Part shown: piece by piece, positions 51,354 to 59,728 of the stretch
How positions within the stretch are numbered: position 1 is the stretch's first letter
How the letters are laid out: every line of letters begins with the position of its first letter
DNA from: a virus
DNA: 64,000 nucleotides
Direction: 5' to 3' (one strand)
IMG/VR virus record: IMGVR_UViG_3300043446_002688
The notes under the pieces: generated by a model
Told to the model about the DNA's origin: nothing
What the model saw: only the letters and a program-made list of their open reading frames with translations
The model's database searches: none
Program-made: the position numbers and the translations under genes

Positions 51354-52599
51354 TATTGATGAACAATGGAGACTCTGGCAAATTAAAAATGAACCAGAGC
51401 GCTTCACACACATTGATACAGACCGACTACGCCAAGAAATTATTGATGACTTAACAATTAAATCTCAAATGGATGTTCGTGAGTATACCTTGTACCAGAA
51501 ATGGTGCGAGGTACACGAAAAGTTTCCTACAAGAGATATTACTACATTGTATGGTAATGAAACACAGTTGATTGATACATCAACCGAAAAAGTAATTACA
51601 GATATTAAAGATAATATTTGGATGCCACAATCACCAGATGATTATGCCAATTTAAAACCTAAGATGATTTTGTCTAATGGTCCGTTGGCAGACAAATGGA
51701 ACACCTTGCGTACATTCTCATCTACAATGAAGAACAACTCCAATATTGGACGCAACCTGTTCTACACCGTGATTGATGAGGTTACTGGTAAATATCTTGG
51801 CGTTATCTGTATCAGTTCAGACTTTTTGGATTTGACACCAAGGGATAAGTTCATTGGTTGGCCTAAAGACATTAAAACAACAGGCAATATGATTAATCAT
51901 ACTGCAATTGGTTCTACGATTGTGCCACTACAACCACTCGGTTTTAATTATATGGGTGGTAAGTTGTTGGCGTTGTTATGTTTATCTGACACAGTTCAGG
52001 AAGATTGGAAAAGACAATATGATAACATTCTTGTTGGCGTTACAACTACTTCTTTATATGGCAATACAAAGTCCAATGGGTTATCTCAGTATGATGGACT
52101 CGAGCACTGGACTAAAATGGGATTCAGTAGCGGCTCAGTGGCTTTTGACCCTAACCGTGATATACTCAACAAAATATACGATTGGGTAAAAGAGAATCAC
52201 ACTCGTCATTACTTTGAATGGTGGGAAGCCAAGAAACCAAATGGTCTACCATACAAGCGTGACCATAAAAATCGCACATTACATTTTGCATATAGTAAGT
52301 TGAAAGTACCAAAAGAATTGGTTAAATGTGCCCACCAGCGTGGCATTTATTTCTCACCACTATATGACAATACACCCGAATTCCTCCGTAAAGAAATTAC
52401 GGAAGATAAACTGGTAAAATCCTTTGATACCAGTGTTGAGGCCTTGACGGAAATTTGGAAAACCAAATATGCCAAAGGCCGTATTTCCATGTTGAAGAAG
52501 AAGAACAATGTGTCGTATGAGTCCTTGTTCTATGATGACCTCATCTACCTAACATGGGAAGAAACCAAGGCGAAATATTTACCACAAGTTGGTAGGTAG
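51328..52599 (+). CDS. DruA/DUF4338-like protein
   Basis: GRNL...YLGVI.ISS...RD.FIGW...GGKLLA.L...TTTSLYG...SQY pattern recalled for DUF4338/DruA. Confidence 0.55.
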   Translation: MATKKQIPDIDEQWRLWQIKNEPERFTHIDTDRLRQEIIDDLTIKSQMDVREYTLYQKWCEVHEKFPTRDITTLYGNETQLIDTSTEKVITDIKDNIWMPQSPDDYANLKPKMILSNGPLADKWNTLRTFSSTMKNNSNIGRNLFYTVIDEVTGKYLGVICISSDFLDLTPRDKFIGWPKDIKTTGNMINHTAIGSTIVPLQPLGFNYMGGKLLALLCLSDTVQEDWKRQYDNILVGVTTTSLYGNTKSNGLSQYDGLEHWTKMGFSSGSVAFDPNRDILNKIYDWVKENHTRHYFEWWEAKKPNGLPYKRDHKNRTLHFAYSKLKVPKELVKCAHQRGIYFSPLYDNTPEFLRKEITEDKLVKSFDTSVEALTEIWKTKYAKGRISMLKKKNNVSYESLFYDDLIYLTWEETKAKYLPQVGR

Positions 52600-52604
52600 G
52601 ACGC

Positions 52605-52633
52605 TTGACAAGCATACTATATAATAGTATAAT
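52605..52633 (+). promoter_or_regulatory. Consensus sigma70 promoter for the HTH gene
   Basis: TTGACA-17-TATAAT. Confidence 0.8.
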
Positions 52634-52686
52634 AGTGATACTTGCAAATGCAAGATTTTATTTTTAACTCGTTATTGGAGATTGAT

Positions 52687-52956
52687 ATGACTAAAGTATC
52701 CGCTAAACAAAAGATTTTGAACTATTTGAGCAAGACAGAAGGTTACAACACCTTGACAGTCGCTCAAGCGCAAGCACGATTTGGTATCACCAACGTGTCT
52801 GCTCGTATTGATGAATTGCGCCAAGAAGGCCATGTCATCTATACTAACACCAAAACTCGTGGTGATGGTTCCAAAGTTGCTTCTTACCGCTTGGGTAAGC
52901 CAACCAAAGCAATGGTTCGTGCTGCACTCAAGTCTGGCTACAGCCTAACTGCCTAA
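52687..52956 (+). CDS. Small basic winged-HTH protein
   Basis: KILNYL...LTVAQAQARFGITNVSARIDELRQEGHVI. Has its own sigma70 promoter and terminator. Start at ATG 52687 with RBS ggag. Confidence 0.6.
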   Translation: MTKVSAKQKILNYLSKTEGYNTLTVAQAQARFGITNVSARIDELRQEGHVIYTNTKTRGDGSKVASYRLGKPTKAMVRAALKSGYSLTA

Positions 52957-52970
52957 TCAATAGGCATTAC

Positions 52971-53005
52971 GGGGAGTAGCCAGTCCATGGCTCTCCCCTT
53001 TTTTT
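52971..53005 (+). terminator. Intrinsic terminator after the HTH gene
   Basis: GGGGAG...CTCCCC followed by a T-run. Confidence 0.75.
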
Positions 53006-53020
53006 ATTTTTGGAGAGCAA

Positions 53021-53839
53021 ATGGAAATTTCAATTAAAAAAGAAGATTTACAAAAGAAAAGTATTTTTGTTGCGACACCTATGTACGGTGGTATGAACCA
53101 CGGTCTATACGCAAAGGCCTGTTTAGACCTACAAGCATTGTGTATGCAATATGGTGTTCAAGTGAAATTCTCATTTCTTTTCAACGAATCTTTAATCACT
53201 CGTGCAAGAAACTATCTAGTTGATGAATTCTTGGATCGTTCAGACTGCACACACCTATTGTTTATTGACTCAGACATTCACTTCGATCCTAAGGATGTAT
53301 TGGCACTTCTAGCATTAGATAAAGATGTTATTGGTGGTCCATATCCAAAGAAGGCAATTAAATGGCGTGCTGTTAAGAAAGCAATTGAACGCAATCCAGA
53401 AATTGATCCAAACCAATTGGCCAATGTTACTGGTGACTATGTGTTTAATCCAGTTAAAGGCACCGCACAATTCTCTGTTACAGAACCACTTGAGGTACTA
53501 GAGATTGGTACAGGTTTCATGTTGGTTAAACGTGAAGTGTTCCCAAAAATGGCAGCAGCATATCCACAGTTGCGATATCGTCCTGACCATGTAGGTCAAG
53601 CACACTTTGACGGCACTCGTTACATCCATGCATACTTTGATACAATCATTGATACTGCTGATTCAGCAACAGGTGGTGGTTCAGACCGTTACTTGTCTGA
53701 GGACTATATGTTCTGCCAATTATGGCGTAAGACTGGTGGATCAATTTGGTTGTGTCCTTGGATGCGTACAGACCACATCGGTACATATCACTTCCGTGGA
53801 GACATGCCAGCAGTAGCCAACTTCGTTGGAGAAATGTAA
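53021..53839 (+). CDS. GT-A-fold glycosyltransferase-like protein
   Basis: IFVATPMYGG; ESLITRARN; LFIDSD (DxD); GTGFMLVKR; SEDYMFC. Confidence 0.7.
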   Translation: MEISIKKEDLQKKSIFVATPMYGGMNHGLYAKACLDLQALCMQYGVQVKFSFLFNESLITRARNYLVDEFLDRSDCTHLLFIDSDIHFDPKDVLALLALDKDVIGGPYPKKAIKWRAVKKAIERNPEIDPNQLANVTGDYVFNPVKGTAQFSVTEPLEVLEIGTGFMLVKREVFPKMAAAYPQLRYRPDHVGQAHFDGTRYIHAYFDTIIDTADSATGGGSDRYLSEDYMFCQLWRKTGGSIWLCPWMRTDHIGTYHFRGDMPAVANFVGEM

Positions 53840-54489
53840 TGATTGTTGGTTTACTTGGATTCATTGGTTCAGGTAAAGGCACCGCAGGTGACATTCTAAA
53901 AGACATGGGTTTCACACCTGTGTCTTTTGCTAAAGGCGTTAAGGATGTTGCAGCTGAAATGTTTGATTGGCCTCGTCACTTGTTAGAAGGTGATACAGAA
54001 AAGTCCCGTGAATGGCGTGAACAACCAGATGAGTTCTGGTCTAAAGAGTTTGGTAAAGAATTCACACCAAGATTAGCATTACAGTTGATGGGTACAGAGG
54101 TTGGTCGTGATGTGTTTCACAAAGACTTTTGGGTTATCAAAATGAAACGTTATATGTTGAATAATCCAGACCAAAACTTTGTTATCACGGATGTTCGTTT
54201 TCAAAATGAAATTGATTTTGTGCATGACATGAGTGGCATACTAATTGAAATACAGCGTGGTGTTAAACCACATTGGTATGATATTGCATCTAGAGCCAAT
54301 AACGGTGACAACAAAGCCAAAACATTTATGCAATCTCAATCTGGTGTACATGCATCCGAATGGTCATGGGTTGGTGGTCATATTGACCATGTAATTGATA
54401 ACAACGGCACCATGGAAGACTTGAAAAATAATTTAGTTAAAAAGCTTGCAACCTCATACGGTTCAAGTATAATTAGTGAATTGAAATAA
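53839..54489 (+). CDS. gp1: Deoxynucleoside monophosphate kinase (gp1-like)
   Basis: GFIGSGKGT; SFAKGVKD; PRLALQLMGTEVGR; VITDVRFQNE. Start moved to the coupled ATG 53839. Confidence 0.9.
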   Translation: MIVGLLGFIGSGKGTAGDILKDMGFTPVSFAKGVKDVAAEMFDWPRHLLEGDTEKSREWREQPDEFWSKEFGKEFTPRLALQLMGTEVGRDVFHKDFWVIKMKRYMLNNPDQNFVITDVRFQNEIDFVHDMSGILIEIQRGVKPHWYDIASRANNGDNKAKTFMQSQSGVHASEWSWVGGHIDHVIDNNGTMEDLKNNLVKKLATSYGSSIISELK

Positions 54490-54499
54490 GGAGTATATT

Positions 54500-55174
54500 A
54501 TGAAACTTTCAAATGAAACATTGAATGTTTTGAAAAACTTTGCTGGAATTAATTCTGGTTTGGAATTCAAAGCAGGCAATACAATCAAAACCATTTCTTC
54601 AACAAAGACTGTTCTCGCAACGGCAACTTTGAAAGATACTTTCCCACAAGACTTTTGTATCTATGACTTGAACCAGTTCTTGTCGGTACATTCTCTTGGT
54701 AAAGATACAGAATTGGATTTTGATACTAATAACATCATCTTCAAAAATGGTCGTTCAAAGACCAAGTATCGTACTACTGCAAAGAACATGATTGTTTCTC
54801 CACCAGATAAAGACTTGAAACTGCCATCTGTTGACGGTTCTTTGTCTCTATCACAGGAAGATTTGTCTCAGATTCTAAAGAACGGTGCTGTATTGGCCTC
54901 ACCTAACATCGCATTTGAATCAGACGGATCACAAATCTCGGTCACAGTATTTGATGCCAAGGATGACTCTGCACATACGAACACAACAACTATCGGTGGT
55001 AATCCTGATGGTAAAAAGTTCAAAGCAGTATTCTTAACAGAAAACTTCAAAATGATTCCTGACAGTTACGATATTGAAATCTCAAAAGCTGGTCTTGCAT
55101 CGTTCAAAAACAAATCTGGTGACATGCAATACTTTATTGCAATCGAAGCCAAAGATTCTAAGTTTGGAGATTAA
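54500..55174 (+). CDS. gp45: Sliding clamp gp45
   Basis: MKLSNETLNVLKNFAGIN; FCIYDLNQFL; YFIAIE. Confidence 0.92.
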   Translation: MKLSNETLNVLKNFAGINSGLEFKAGNTIKTISSTKTVLATATLKDTFPQDFCIYDLNQFLSVHSLGKDTELDFDTNNIIFKNGRSKTKYRTTAKNMIVSPPDKDLKLPSVDGSLSLSQEDLSQILKNGAVLASPNIAFESDGSQISVTVFDAKDDSAHTNTTTIGGNPDGKKFKAVFLTENFKMIPDSYDIEISKAGLASFKNKSGDMQYFIAIEAKDSKFGD

Positions 55175-55176
55175 TT

Positions 55177-55452
55177 ATGACTAAAGTAAATACACTATTT
55201 GGTTCATATGATGATGACCAACTCAAACAACTAAAAGGTTATGTTGATGAGATTGTTATGTACATGAACCGTAACAAGACAAATACAGAAGCAATGGCAG
55301 ACATTGTTAATGTTGCATATGATGAATTGAAAATTCCTAAGAAGATTCTCAAACGCATGGCAAAGGTTCAGTTCAACAATTCATTCCAAACTGAAGTTGC
55401 TGAATCAAAAGAGTTTGAAGCCTTGTACGAAAGTATGTCAGAGGTTAAGTAA
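55177..55452 (+). CDS. dsbA: dsDNA-binding protein DsbA-like
   Basis: Size and the pattern ELKIPKKILKRMAK...E...FEALYE resemble T4 DsbA. Confidence 0.6.
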   Translation: MTKVNTLFGSYDDDQLKQLKGYVDEIVMYMNRNKTNTEAMADIVNVAYDELKIPKKILKRMAKVQFNNSFQTEVAESKEFEALYESMSEVK

Positions 55453-55802
55453 TGGAACCCGTAGGCAGAAGAAGTTTTGCAAAGACATTAGGCCTTCTTG
55501 GCCTAATTGGTGTTGGTGTCAAAGGATATCAAGAGGCAAAAGAAAGAATCGTCTACAAACAAGATGAGTTACCAACAGCAGAGTTGGAGAAACAACTTGA
55601 AGGTAAACCTATGTTGCAGTTACATGCAACATATGGTGAAGAACTTCCTAAACCATCATACACCGTCAATGGCAATCCTTATGTTGTTGGATTTGGTCCA
55701 CAATACAAACCAGGAACAGAGAAAAATGTTAAAGTGAACATCGTACCTGGTCCTGATGGTAAACTATACATCAAAGAGAATGACACTTGGCGTAAAATCT
55801 GA
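55452..55802 (+). CDS. Hypothetical protein with a twin-arginine-like N-terminal signal/anchor
   Basis: GRRSFAK followed by the hydrophobic stretch TLGLLGLIGVGV. Confidence 0.5.
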   Translation: MEPVGRRSFAKTLGLLGLIGVGVKGYQEAKERIVYKQDELPTAELEKQLEGKPMLQLHATYGEELPKPSYTVNGNPYVVGFGPQYKPGTEKNVKVNIVPGPDGKLYIKENDTWRKI

Positions 55803-55834
55803 TACAATGTTATTTTATATTATGGAGAATTTGA

Positions 55835-56767
55835 ATGAGCGAACACATGTTGTGGGTAGAGAAGTATCGTCCACAAACAATTGAAGATTGTATCCTTCCT
55901 GATGCACTTAAAAAGTCATTTCAGGAATTTGTAAACCGTAAAGAGATTCCCAACCTACTTCTGTGTGGTACAGCTGGTGTCGGTAAGACCACAGTTGCAC
56001 GAGCATTGTGTGAAGAAGTAGGTTGCGATTATATTGTTATTAACGGTTCAGATGAAAACGGTGTTGATGCCGTTCGTGTTAAGGTTAAGAACTATGCCAG
56101 TTCAATGTCTCTTAGTGGTGGCCGCAAGGTTATTATTTTAGATGAGGCAGACTACCTATCACACAACGCACAAGCTGCCCTTCGTGCGAGTATTGAAGAA
56201 TTTGCATCAAACTGTTCATTCATATTCACCTGTAACTTTAAGAACAGGATCATTGATCCATTGCATTCCAGATGCACAGTTATTGATTTCAAAGCCAATG
56301 GTTCTAAAGCCAAGATGGCATCACAATTTTTCCACCGTGTTTGTGGTATACTGAATGATGAGGGTGTTACTTATGATAAAGAAGTGGTCGCTGCGGTCAT
56401 TACTAAGCATTTTCCTGACAATCGTAGGATTCTTAATGAGTTGCAGCGTTATAGTGTTTCTGGTACTATTGACAAAGGCATCCTTGCGGCGGTTTCTGAT
56501 GTCCAGTTAGGTGAACTATTCAAAGCTCTCAAAGGCAAAGACTTTGCTTCTTGCCGTAAGTGGGTAACAAACAACCTAGACAACGACCAGTCACGCATCT
56601 TCCGTGGTTTGTATGATGGTCTTTATGAGCAGTTGAAACCTGGTTCTGTTCCACAGTTGGTTCTTATTCTTGCTAAGTATCAATATCAAGCAGCATTTGT
56701 GGCTGACCATGAAATCAATTTGATTGCTTGTCTCACAGAAATTATGGTGGAATGTGAGTTCAAATAA
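55835..56767 (+). CDS. gp44: Clamp loader large subunit gp44
   Basis: LWVEKYRP, GTAGVGKTT, ILDEAD, SRC. Confidence 0.95.
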   Translation: MSEHMLWVEKYRPQTIEDCILPDALKKSFQEFVNRKEIPNLLLCGTAGVGKTTVARALCEEVGCDYIVINGSDENGVDAVRVKVKNYASSMSLSGGRKVIILDEADYLSHNAQAALRASIEEFASNCSFIFTCNFKNRIIDPLHSRCTVIDFKANGSKAKMASQFFHRVCGILNDEGVTYDKEVVAAVITKHFPDNRRILNELQRYSVSGTIDKGILAAVSDVQLGELFKALKGKDFASCRKWVTNNLDNDQSRIFRGLYDGLYEQLKPGSVPQLVLILAKYQYQAAFVADHEINLIACLTEIMVECEFK

Positions 56768-57306
56768 TGTATGTCGATTTCTCTGTTTATGGTTTCAAAC
56801 CTTATTATAAGATTACAAAAGGTTCTGATGCTAGTGAATTTTTGGAATGTGAATTTAGAAATCATTTCAAATATGAACAAAAAAGTAAACGACAAAAGTA
56901 TGCTGATGTTTGGATTAATCCAAAGTTCGGTTACAACCTGAAAACTAGTTGTGCGAAAACAACAGGTCGTTTATGTACCGTTCAGATTGCAAAGTTTCTA
57001 TCCGACCCCGAATGTGAACTAAAGATTGTTCATTTGGATTACCAAAACTTTGATGGAACATTAAAACTGAATTGGCTTTCCGAATACTTCATTGAAGAAA
57101 TCCAATATAATATAAGTAATCAAGGCAAAGGTTTCTTGCAACCAAAAGTCAACTCTGATAATAGTTTTAAAACTAGGAATAGGTTGACCAGAGAAGATTG
57201 GTTAGAAGAATTCAAAGTGAAGTACAATATTTACTGTGAAAACCAAAAGAAACGATTAGATAAACAGAATATTGAAATGCAAAAATTGAAAGTTAAATAT
57301 GCCTGA
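56767..57306 (+). CDS. Inserted hypothetical protein, possible PD-(D/E)xK endonuclease
   Basis: Interrupts the normally adjacent g44-g62 pair; E...ADVWI...YNLKTS motif. Confidence 0.4.
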   Translation: MYVDFSVYGFKPYYKITKGSDASEFLECEFRNHFKYEQKSKRQKYADVWINPKFGYNLKTSCAKTTGRLCTVQIAKFLSDPECELKIVHLDYQNFDGTLKLNWLSEYFIEEIQYNISNQGKGFLQPKVNSDNSFKTRNRLTREDWLEEFKVKYNIYCENQKKRLDKQNIEMQKLKVKYA

Positions 57307-57685
57307 TTTATTCAAAGAGATTATTCCATCTATTCTTCAGACTGGTAAATCTGTTCTACATGACGAAACGGACTACAAAGATTATGCTCCGTTTGTAGTC
57401 AATCGTGCATTGTCTTATCACATGGATTGTATTCTTCATGCAAATGAAGTCAACAAGATACCCAATGTTGATAAGGATATGCAATATCAGTACCTTCTAA
57501 ATACCATCAGGCCTATGAAACGGAAGTTTGCTCCGTGGCAGAAAGCCAATAAGGATAAAGATATTGAGTGTGTGAAACTCTATTTTGGTTATTCTGACCA
57601 AAAGGCAAGAGATGCACTTCGTATACTTACTGATGAACAAATCGCTGAAATAAGAAAAAGAACAGATAAAGGCGGAGTGAAATGA
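57299..57685 (+). CDS. gp62: Clamp loader small subunit gp62
   Basis: YAPFVVNRALSY; QYQYLLNTIR.RKRF; YFGYSDQKA. Confidence 0.9.
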   Translation: MPDLFKEIIPSILQTGKSVLHDETDYKDYAPFVVNRALSYHMDCILHANEVNKIPNVDKDMQYQYLLNTIRPMKRKFAPWQKANKDKDIECVKLYFGYSDQKARDALRILTDEQIAEIRKRTDKGGVK

Positions 57686-58089
57686 TTGATGTTAAAGATT
57701 TAGTAGAAGTTACATTGAAAGAACAAGATGATTTTTTGAAAGTGCGTGAAACTCTAACACGCATAGGTGTTGCATCCAAGAAAGACAACACACTATTTCA
57801 ATCTTGCCACATTCTCCACAAGCGTGGACAATACTATGTGGTACATTTCAAAGAACTATTTGCATTAGACGGTAAACCTACCGACATTACAGAGAATGAT
57901 TTGGCTCGTAGGAATGCCATCGTGAACCTATTGGAAGATTGGGGTCTGTTGACCATCGTCAATAAAGAACAAACCCAGACACCGGAACCTATCTTCCTGT
58001 CACAAATTAAGATATTGTCACACAAGGAGAAAGACCAGTGGCAATTAACACCCAAGTACAATATTGGTAAAAAACCACAAAATACTTGA
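57682..58089 (+). CDS. regA: Translational repressor RegA
   Basis: DDFLKVRETLTRIG; QSCHILHKRG; HFKELFALDG. Confidence 0.95.
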   Translation: MIDVKDLVEVTLKEQDDFLKVRETLTRIGVASKKDNTLFQSCHILHKRGQYYVVHFKELFALDGKPTDITENDLARRNAIVNLLEDWGLLTIVNKEQTQTPEPIFLSQIKILSHKEKDQWQLTPKYNIGKKPQNT

Positions 58090-58114
58090 CTTGTGATATA
58101 AATATTGTTATAAT
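58086..58114 (+). promoter_or_regulatory. Composite sigma70 and late promoter for hsp20
   Basis: TTGACT-17-TATAAT with TATAAATA (58097-58104) inside the spacer. Confidence 0.7.
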
Positions 58115-58267
58115 CTCAGTCCCATCGGGATGGGAAAAGGTCTCCACCTACCTTAGGAGCGTATAAAGCGGTCACAACGATAGGGTGACGCTGGAACCCG
58201 TAACCAGCTTTTATCGGTATGCCTTCGGGGTACCACTAACTTAACTCGCTTTAACAGGAGAAAAAGC

Positions 58268-58714
58268 ATGACACAACTATTTCCTTCATTGGATTTCCGT
58301 AAATTCGACCCCTTTACAATTGGCTTTGATGACGTTTTTAAAGACCTACAAGAAATGTCAAAGACAGCAACAAAGGCAATGTCGTATCCCCCATACAACA
58401 TCAAACAAGTAAACGAAAACAAATATGTTATTGAAATGGCTGTTGCAGGTTTTGCAAAGTCTGACATTGAAGTTACTTTAGAAGGTAACAAACTTGTTAT
58501 TAAGGGTAAAGCACAAGATGAAGAATCACCAGAAAACTTCATTTTCAAGGGTATTGCTAACCGTAACTTCCAACGTGAATTCAAAATCAACGACAAAGTT
58601 GAAATTGATAATGCCGAATTGGCAAATGGCATGTTGAAGATTTGGTTGCAAAACTTGGTAAAGACCCAAGATGTTATCAAAAAGATTTCTATTGTTGACA
58701 AGAGTACAAAATGA
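58268..58714 (+). CDS. hsp20: Small heat-shock protein Hsp20
   Basis: YPPYNI; IEMAVAGF; GIANRNF; ANGMLKI. Confidence 0.93.
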   Translation: MTQLFPSLDFRKFDPFTIGFDDVFKDLQEMSKTATKAMSYPPYNIKQVNENKYVIEMAVAGFAKSDIEVTLEGNKLVIKGKAQDEESPENFIFKGIANRNFQREFKINDKVEIDNAELANGMLKIWLQNLVKTQDVIKKISIVDKSTK

Positions 58715-58803
58715 ACTGGTGGCCCGTTACCGATGAGGAATGGGAACGATTAAACTATCCAGAAAAATTCAAAGATGAAAAAGTTCCTAATAAGTATTCT
58801 TGA
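58711..58803 (+). CDS. Possible 30-aa small protein (MNWWPVTDEEWERLNYP...)
   Basis: ATG overlaps the hsp20 stop; read manually. Confidence 0.35.
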   Translation: MNWWPVTDEEWERLNYPEKFKDEKVPNKYS

Positions 58804-58858
58804 AGCTATAGAAGCTATCAAACGACACAGGTCAAGTCCTGGTATTAAAGGTAGATAA
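58775..58858 (+). CDS. Possible 27-aa small protein (MKKFLISILEAIEAIK...)
   Basis: Ends just before the terminator; amphipathic; read manually. Confidence 0.3.
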   Translation: MKKFLISILEAIEAIKRHRSSPGIKGR

Positions 58859-58864
58859 TACCTA

Positions 58865-58901
58865 AAGGGGTCTTGACAGACCCCTTTTTTTTATGTATAA
58901 T
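58865..58901 (+). promoter_or_regulatory. Terminator hairpin overlapping a consensus sigma70 promoter
   Basis: AAGGGGTC-TTGACA-GACCCCTT, T-run, then TATAAT 17 bp after TTGACA. Confidence 0.8.
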
Positions 58902-58910
58902 GGTGTCATT

Positions 58911-59096
58911 ATGAAAACACTAGATAAAAACCCAATTAAAATGCGTAACATCATCCGCAAGGATGAAGTTTATTATGTTCTACCTGGTCAAACAAAAGAA
59001 GTTGACGGAGTGGAATTTGTTTATGTAATTAAGAATATTGGCATCAGAGAAACACCAAAGTTGATGCGTAAAGATTCTTTGGAGAAGTGTAAATAA
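58911..59096 (+). CDS. Small hypothetical protein
   Basis: Follows a consensus sigma70 promoter; start moved to ATG 58911. Confidence 0.5.
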   Translation: MKTLDKNPIKMRNIIRKDEVYYVLPGQTKEVDGVEFVYVIKNIGIRETPKLMRKDSLEKCK

Positions 59097-59098
59097 TT

Positions 59099-59175
59099 GC
59101 GCCTATAGCTCAGTTGGTCAGAGCAGTGGACTCATAATCCATTGGTCCTAGGTTCAAGTCCTAGTGGGCGCACCA
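59099..59175 (+). tRNA. trnI: tRNA with CAT anticodon, Ile2 (lysidine) type more likely than Met
   Basis: Cloverleaf; GTGGA-CTCATAA-TCCAT anticodon arm; encoded CCA. Confidence 0.85.
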
Positions 59176-59275
59176 ACTATTACGATGATAGAAATTTTCA
59201 ATTAGATTTTCTATCGAAATAGCGATATACTATGATAAGTAATCCATGAGGTTACTTAACTATTGAAAGGAAATT

Positions 59276-59728
59276 ATGTCAGTTACATTAAAAAACCTTG
59301 AGAGTGCATTGGCAGGTGAGTCAATGGCGCATATCAAATACCGTTATTTTGCCAAGTTGGCTCGTGCTGAAGGTTACGAAGAAGTTGCAAAACACTTTGA
59401 ACATACAGCAGACCAAGAAATCAAACATGCATGGGGTCACCTAGAATTGTTGGTTGGTAAACCAGATACACGCAAGTGTTTAGAGATGGCTATTGAAGGT
59501 GAAACACACGAATTCACCGAAATGTATCCTTCTATGTTGCGTGAAGCACAAATCGAAGGCAACCAAGAAGCGGAGCGTGAAGCTGCACATCAAATCGCAG
59601 AAAGTCAAACACATGCGGAAGAATTCCGTAAAGTTCTCGCATTGGCCGAAAAGCGTTTTGAAGCACTAGCAAAAGTTGAAGAACGCCACGCAACAGCATA
59701 TCAAAGAATGTTACAAGAGGTACAATAA
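59276..59728 (+). CDS. Rubrerythrin (ferritin-like di-iron domain only)
   Basis: GESMAH..Y; QEIKHAWGH; EGETHE; ESQTH; EERH. Confidence 0.88.
   Translation: MSVTLKNLESALAGESMAHIKYRYFAKLARAEGYEEVAKHFEHTADQEIKHAWGHLELLVGKPDTRKCLEMAIEGETHEFTEMYPSMLREAQIEGNQEAEREAAHQIAESQTHAEEFRKVLALAEKRFEALAKVEERHATAYQRMLQEVQ

Noticed and set aside
58153-58701. 182-aa minus-strand ORF, and the many other minus-strand ORFs over fibre and core genes
   Set aside because: Antisense shadows of well-supported + strand genes, caused by biased codon usage; no motifs or RBS.
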